Of a stretch of DNA of 64,000 nt, positions 57,290 to 64,000 are shown piece after piece. Each line of letters starts with the position of its first letter. The first letter of the stretch is position 1. The stretch comes from Octopus vulgaris (Eukaryota): contig OX597832.1 of assembly GCA_951406725.2 (NCBI GenBank), positions 25,110,001-25,174,000 of the forward strand. The letters run 5' to 3'. The notes beneath the pieces are model-generated. The model saw only the letters and a list, made by a program, of their open reading frames with translations, ran no database searches and was not told where the DNA came from. The translations under genes and the position numbers were made by a program.

Positions 57290-58624
57290 TATTAATTGTC
57301 TCCCTTGCACAACAGTCATCAAAATAGGTCATAACCAGGAATTTTGGTTGACAATCGGTGGGTCGTACCCCACAAGATGTACTGCAAAACATTTCATGCA
57401 CGCATTAACGCAGAATTCAATGACGAAACCAAAACCGACCAACACAGTTGGATCCAGCAGTGTACAAAGGCGACACAGTCGGTCGCATCTAAACAATCGG
57501 TCGCGTCTACACAGTTCACTCCTTAAACTCCGAATGCTTCAATCTGCGACTCTTACTTCATGTCATTAACGGACCAACCTCCTTCAACGACCTTCACACA
57601 TGGACGGCCACTTATGCGGCACTTTCAAAGATGCCTGCTCCAAGCGGATACAAATGATCAATATGATAATGCACACGAAGAGGCCTTTCTGTGCCGTTCC
57701 CTGCACAAGCCCCGACACCTTTTCGCAATTATGTGGGTTTTATGCAACCTGACTGCCGCACATTCACTTTGGAATAAATACAAAGATTCAATGTGCCATG
57801 ACATTTTGCTGCAGAGTCGCCAAGTCACAGGTAGCGGCGAGCTGGCAGAAACGTAGCACGCTGGGCGATATGCGTAGCCGTATTTCGTCTGCCGTTACGT
57901 TCTGAGTTCAAATTCCGCCGAGGTCGACTTTGCCTTTCATCCTTTCGGGGTCGATTAAATAGGTACCAGTTACACACTGGGGTCGATGTAACCGACTTAA
58001 TCCGTTTGTCTGTCCTTGTTTGTCCCCTCTATGTTTAGCCCCTTGTGGGTAGTAAAGAAATAGGTAGCGTTGACACTCCCACTAGCCCTGCCATTTACAA
58101 CGGAGGGATTCTTCTCTTGGAAGATTTGGTCATAGCAATTGGAGGCCAACGTTTGGACGCTTATTCTCTCAACACTCCAGACAGAAATGAAGACGCCTGA
58201 CCCAATCGTCTCATTCTCCAAGAAACATCCTACAACATCCACAAATTCAAATATTACATTGCTGACAACGAGCCCCATTTGGATTCCGATCAAGCTAACG
58301 TGTTCACTCTCGTCCTCGGAAACCTCTACACACACACTGGCGGAATCTGATTCTTAGACGCACTCGTTGGAACTGAAAAAACGTTCCTTCTGAATCTTCT
58401 TGCGAAGTTGCAACATAATGGTAACCTTGCTATCGCTGTTGCCTTCTCAGGAAGGAATAGCCTTGACTCTTCTCGGCGTCGAACGAAAGGCACACTCTAC
58501 CTTCAAATTTCCTTTCAATGTAGCACATCAAGAAAATCCAACGTGACACATAATCCATTATTCGGACGAAGCAGCAAGTTTGAAAAGTGCAAACTCATTG
58601 CTTGGGATGAAGCAACTGTGTCAT
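57290..58624 (+). pseudogene. Helitron Rep/PIF1-helicase pseudogene (internally deleted, SINE-interrupted)
   Basis: VDNRWVVP..HARINAE; IGRVYTVH..ECFNLRLLLHVINGPTSFNDL; LWNKYKDSMCHD; degenerate Walker A FLDALVGTEKTFL; AIAVAFSG; LIAWDEA. Confidence 0.88.
57836..58061 (+). mobile_element. Meta-like SINE inserted in the Helitron, TSD aggtagc(g)
   Basis: ggcgagctggcagaaacg head, with aggtagcg on both sides. Confidence 0.85.
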
Positions 58625-58636
58625 AAAACACACACA

Positions 58637-58756
<120 letters not shown>

Positions 58757-59758
58757 TATATACGACATGGGCTTCTTTCAGTTTCCGTCTACCAAATCCA
58801 CTCACAAGGCTTTGGTCGGTTCGAGGCTATAGTAGGAGACACTTGCCCAAGGTGCCATGCAGTGGGACTGAACCCGGAATCATGTCGTTGGGAAGCAAGC
58901 TACTTACCACACCACCATACATGTATGTATGTATGTATGTACGTTTGTGGTGACCCCTTCGGTCACGAATGACCACGGGATTGCACCTAGAATGTTTCCC
59001 TCTGAGGAACAAGTCCAAGCAATTCTGTTTATGGGAGATCAGCAGTCACCATGCATACCATCTTCCCCTCCCCATGCCACTGGAGCTTTAGGTGCTTTTG
59101 CTCAATAAACACACACAACGCCCGGTCTGGGAATCGAAACCGCGAACCTCCGACCGCGAGTCCGCTGCCCTAACCACTGGGCCATTGCGCCTCCCTATTT
59201 ATCTATAGCACCAACGTATATCCGCTCCGCGTTACATCAGTACCACCAAGTCTTAGAATTCATACTTCTTCACCAGGATCGCGTCTTACTGACTTCTATA
59301 TAAGCAACGAAGGCTCTACTTTTCACTCACAACGTACAAAACTCCCATTCGTATGTAAGATCAATATTTTAAATGTTCCACTTAGGTATTGCACTAAATA
59401 AATCAATTGATAGCTTTTCTGGTACATTATTTCACGATAGGTATATTAAGTTACTTTGTCATGGAGCCAACTAATCGAAAATCTCAAGTTATATAATGAC
59501 ACTCTGTAGGGATATGTTTCCACAATATTGCAAACAGAATTGGCAAATTTCTCATAAAATTTCACATTCTTTTTTTCGGAGTTTCTTATAAACGATGTAA
59601 CGTTTTATACCTACTTCAGCTTATTTATAAGCTGTGTGAATAAATACATAGACACACACGCAGACAAATAGATAGATACATACATATATAAATGCATAAA
59701 TTTATACCTATAGAATCTATACATATACACATATGTATATTAAAAAAGTATATATGAA

Positions 59759-59852
<94 letters not shown>

Positions 59853-59858
59853 TATGAA

Positions 59859-59904
<46 letters not shown>

Positions 59905-60129
59905 GAGGCAACAACAAGCAGGTTTATTAGTTTAACGCTCGGGAAGAATGGGAAAGTCGTTGACGTTTCGAGCCTACGCTCTTCGACAGAAAGGGCTGAG
60001 ACGAAAAAAGGGAGAGAGAACGAAAGAAAAGGAGAGAGAGAAAAATGTGTAAGGATTAACAATTCGACATGATGAAATGATATGCTAGTGACATTAAAGA
60101 GCAGAGGAAGCTGGTTCAAGAAGTTGTAA

Positions 60130-60705
60130 CAAAGAGGGCAAGTGTCATCTTAAGCAGAAGAAGCGGTTCCAACAGAGAGAGGTGGATAACAGCAGAAACG
60201 TGGGCTTGTGTCGATGAAAAGAGGCAGACCAAATCAAAACGTAATCAAGCGCAAGAGTAGCCGGTCGGTGAATGCTCGACGACGATGCCTATTGGAGAAA
60301 TGTTGATGAAGTGGGAAAAATGTGCAGAATAAACAAGGAGCAGTGGCTACAAAAGAAATGAATGGAAGCTCAAGAAACTGCAACCAGAAATAATTCGCGG
60401 AGTCAATATACAATCGTGTACGAGTTAGAAAGTGCGAAGAGTAATTCGGGTATCATGATGGCGGCTAAGGATGGTAACGGGCCTACAACGAAGAAGGAAC
60501 AAGCAGCGCGCGGGAAAGAGTATTTTCGTGATGTTCTCAACCAGCGGATTCCAGCGATACAATCGTGAATGAAGCGAGCTTCAACACGGATCGTATATTG
60601 AGGAGAAGAAGTGGACAAAGCAATATGCAATTTAAGGAACAGCAGAGCAGATGCCGTGGATAGGATACTGAGTTGTTGAAGCATGGTATGGAAGCAATTG
60701 TACAA
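60130..60705 (+). pseudogene. RTE-type LINE fragment (endonuclease-RT linker)
   Basis: RWITAETWACVDEKR, KEQAARGKEYFRDVLN and EEVDKAICNLRNSRA..DRI..ELLKHG motifs. Confidence 0.7.
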
Positions 60706-61029
60706 TATTTGGTCGTGTGGTAAGAAGCTTGCTTTCCAACCACATGGTTCTGGGGTCAGTCCCATTGAGTGACACCTTGGGCAAGCGTCTTTTATTATAG
60801 CCTCGGGCCGACTAAATCCATACGTGCGTATATATATATATATATATACGCTTTTTTCATCTCAACCTTTTCTGTCGAAGAGCTTAGGCTCGAAACATTA
60901 ACGACTTCCCCATTCTTCCCGAGCGTTAAACTAATAAACCTGCTTATTGTTGCCTCACCTAATATATATATATATATATATAAAAGAAATTAGAAAAGGA
61001 AAATACGCACACTTACATAGATTTAATAT

Positions 61030-61553
61030 AATTTCTTGGTCTCTTGTCTTGAAGGACTTCAGTATCCATTCTGCCAGTTGTCTGCATTTTTCTGCCATCT
61101 TGGTAATGTGCATATAAAATGATACATCATTTCACATACTGATCTCCAAGCATTGCCCAAACGACATGAACATTAGTTTCCAGGCCCATCCAAGGCTAGG
61201 TCCACAGGCCATACCTCCCCTGCCCAATTCAGGATCACAACATATAGGTACACTACGACATTATTTCTTTTCCTCAACAGGCCCTGCTCTGTTTACATTG
61301 TCCCAAAACTGATCAAAGAGGAAAAGGATCTCATCACCTTTAAACGGAGTCTGGACAGATTTCTTCAAGGAATACCAGATAAACCACCAGTACCTGGATA
61401 CAACTCACTCAACAAGAACTCACCACTTGAATGGACCATAAATAAAACCTTGACTTAAAAAGGATTTTGATAATCCTATCAGGTGGTGCTATTAAGTTAG
61501 ACATGGCCTGGACCAATCTTTGGTCGAAACATATCTAAATTTATCTAAGTTTA
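61030..61553 (+). mobile_element. CR1-like LINE 3' end with inverted 5' segment
   Basis: Plus strand: FKRSLDRFLQGIPDKPPVPGY. Minus strand 61030-61130: SFYMHITKMAEKCRQLAEWILKSFKTRD. Confidence 0.7.
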
Positions 61554-62248
61554 TTATTCATACATGTATATAATTATATCTAACTTAATATTTGACTGGC
61601 CGCAGTCAAATGACTGAAACAAGTAAAAGAGTAAAAAGTATATGTATATATATTTGTGTGTTTGTGTTGTTGTAAAGAATAAATTCATAAAGACCCCCAC
61701 CACCACCACCACCACGAACTTTCAAACCCACGTCGAGATTGATGGCAACGAAGATATCGTGATTACAAAGTCAGGAACCTTATCAACAACAAAAAAGATA
61801 TGCGCATGACAATAATTCCTTAATGCAGCCCGACCAACCAACCAACCAACCCCATACGTTGGTTTAGAACAAAGTTAAAGAAATTATGTTTTATTTCTTC
61901 CTTTTTATTGTTTTTTAGTTTGATGAAGGGCATTTTTGTACCGGAAGTGGAAGTGTTAACTGTTGGGTTTCTATGTCTTTGATTTCTTTCTTTTGTATCC
62001 GAATTCTATTGTAGTTTCTTCCTAAAGCACGCTTAACAATTGAAATACATACATACATACATAATAATAGATAGATATACACACATATATACATACATAT
62101 GTGTGTGTGTGTGTATGGATGGGTTTTATCATTGCATGGAAGCATACCTATTGTTATACGACTCTAGAAAATGTTAAAGAATAAAGCTTTTCATAGGCAG
62201 AATATGAGAATAATGATAACAACAACAACAAGAACAACTATAATACTG

Positions 62249-62295
<47 letters not shown>

Positions 62296-62299
62296 GGTG

Positions 62300-62654
62300 G
62301 TGGTGAGAAAAAGAAGAGGAGGAGGAGGAGGAGAGTAGAAGGCGGAGGAGGAGAGGAGAAGGAGAAGGAGAAGGAGGAGAAAAAAGAAGTACAAGAACAA
62401 GAACAAGAACAAGAAGAAGAAGAAGAAGACGAAGAAGAAGAAGGAGAAGTGGAGCAGAAGGAGTAGAAAGAGAAGAAGAACAACAACAACAGCAAAAAGA
62501 AGAAGAAGAACAAGAAGAAGAAGGAGGAGGAGAAGAAGAAGAAGAAGAATAAGAAGAAGGATAAGAGGGATAAGAAGAAGAAGAAAAAGGAGGAGAAGAA
62601 GAAGAAGGAGGAGGAGGAGGAGAAGAAGAAGAAGAAGAAGAAGGATAAGAAGGA

Positions 62655-62685
<31 letters not shown>

Positions 62686-62777
62686 AAGAAGAAGAAGAAG
62701 AAGAAGAAGAAGAAGAAGAAGAAGAAGAAGAAGAAGAAGAAGAAGAAGAAGAAGAAGGATGGGGAGGAGAAGAAGGA

Positions 62778-62808
<31 letters not shown>

Positions 62809-63237
62809 AAGAAGAAGAAGAAGAAGAAGGAGAAGAAGAAGAAGAAGAAGAAGAAGAAGAAGAAGAAGAAGAAGAAGAAGAAGGAGAAGAAGGAGAAGAA
62901 GAAGAAGAAGAAGAAGGAGGAGGAGGAGGAGGAGAAGAAGAAGAAGAAGAAGAAGAAGAAGAAGAAGAAGGAGAAGAAGAAGAAGAAGAAGAAGAAGAAG
63001 AAGAAGAAGAAGAAGAAGAAGAAGAAGAAGAAGAAGAAGAAGAAGAAGAAGAAGAAGAAGAAGAAGAAGAAGAAGAAGAAGAAGAAGAAGAAGAAGAAGA
63101 AGAAGAAGAAGAAGAAGAAGAAGAAGAAGAAGAAGAAGAAGAAGAAGAAGAAGAAGAAGGATGAGAAGAAGAAGAAGAAGAAGAAGAAGAAGAAGAAGAA
63201 GAAGAAGAAGAAGAAGAAGGAGAAGGAGAAGAAGAAG

Positions 63238-63269
<32 letters not shown>

Positions 63270-63290
63270 GAAGAGAAGAAGAAGAAGAAA
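62300..63290. repeat. ~1 kb (GAA/GGA)n polypurine microsatellite
   Basis: Direct reading. Confidence 0.95.
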
Positions 63291-63429
63291 AAGATACCCT
63301 ACCTTTAACAACAGCAACAATAACAACGAGTCATGCGTGGTTTGCAATAGAGTGGAATTCATCTTTTATATTAAATGAATGAAAAGAATTTCTGAACACA
63401 ACACCGGTTATAATTGTTTAAACCAATTG

Positions 63430-63527
63430 TATGTACGTATGTATGTATGTATGTCCGTACATATTTAGGTATGTGTATGTACGTATGTATGTATGTATGT
63501 ATGTATGTATGTACGTACGTATGTATG

Positions 63528-63559
<32 letters not shown>

Positions 63560-63824
63560 TGTATGTATGTATGTATGTATGTATGTACGTACGTACGTAT
63601 GTATGTATGTATGTATGTATGGATGTGTGTATGTATGTATGTATGTATGTATGTATGTATGTATGTATGTATGTATGTATGTATGTATGTATGTATGTAT
63701 GTATATATGTACGTACGTATCTATGTATCTTGGAAGTATGTATTTGTGTATGTACGAATGTTTTCTATTTACATTTAGTCTTACAAAACTATTTAAACAA
63801 AGTAAATTATATGTAATACAGAGA

Positions 63825-63868
<44 letters not shown>

Positions 63869-63903
63869 TAATAATAATGATAATGATATTAATAATAATA
63901 ATG

Positions 63904-63937
<34 letters not shown>

Positions 63938-64000
63938 TAATAATAATTATAATTATGATGATAATAATAATGATAATAATAATAATAATAATAAAAATAG
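63430..64000. repeat. (TATG)n and (TAA)n microsatellites
   Basis: Direct reading. Confidence 0.9.

Overview
AT-rich, microsatellite-saturated animal DNA. The SINE families and repeat landscape are what I associate with an Octopus (cephalopod) genome, which is an inference. Only one host gene is clearly supported: a large terminal coding exon (10676-12422, +) of a polypeptide neuropeptide precursor. It encodes 43 non-amidated decapeptides of the form (N/Q/S)(L/F)D(S/T)(V/I)G(S/A)GLI separated by KR/RR/KK sites and resembles the pedal peptide/orcokinin family. Its signal-peptide exon is not confidently located. The rest is mobile-element debris: several tRNA-derived SINE families, Dong/R4-type RLE retrotransposon 3' ends stacked in a (TAA)n array, Penelope-like remnants with several minimal hammerhead ribozyme motifs (one with a fully canonical core at 48000-48090), three mariner remnants, a Helitron Rep/helicase pseudogene plus non-autonomous Helitrons, RTE and CR1 fragments, and MITEs. 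Nearly all other ORF-track entries are microsatellite translation artefacts. Family assignments come from motif recognition by eye, not database searches.
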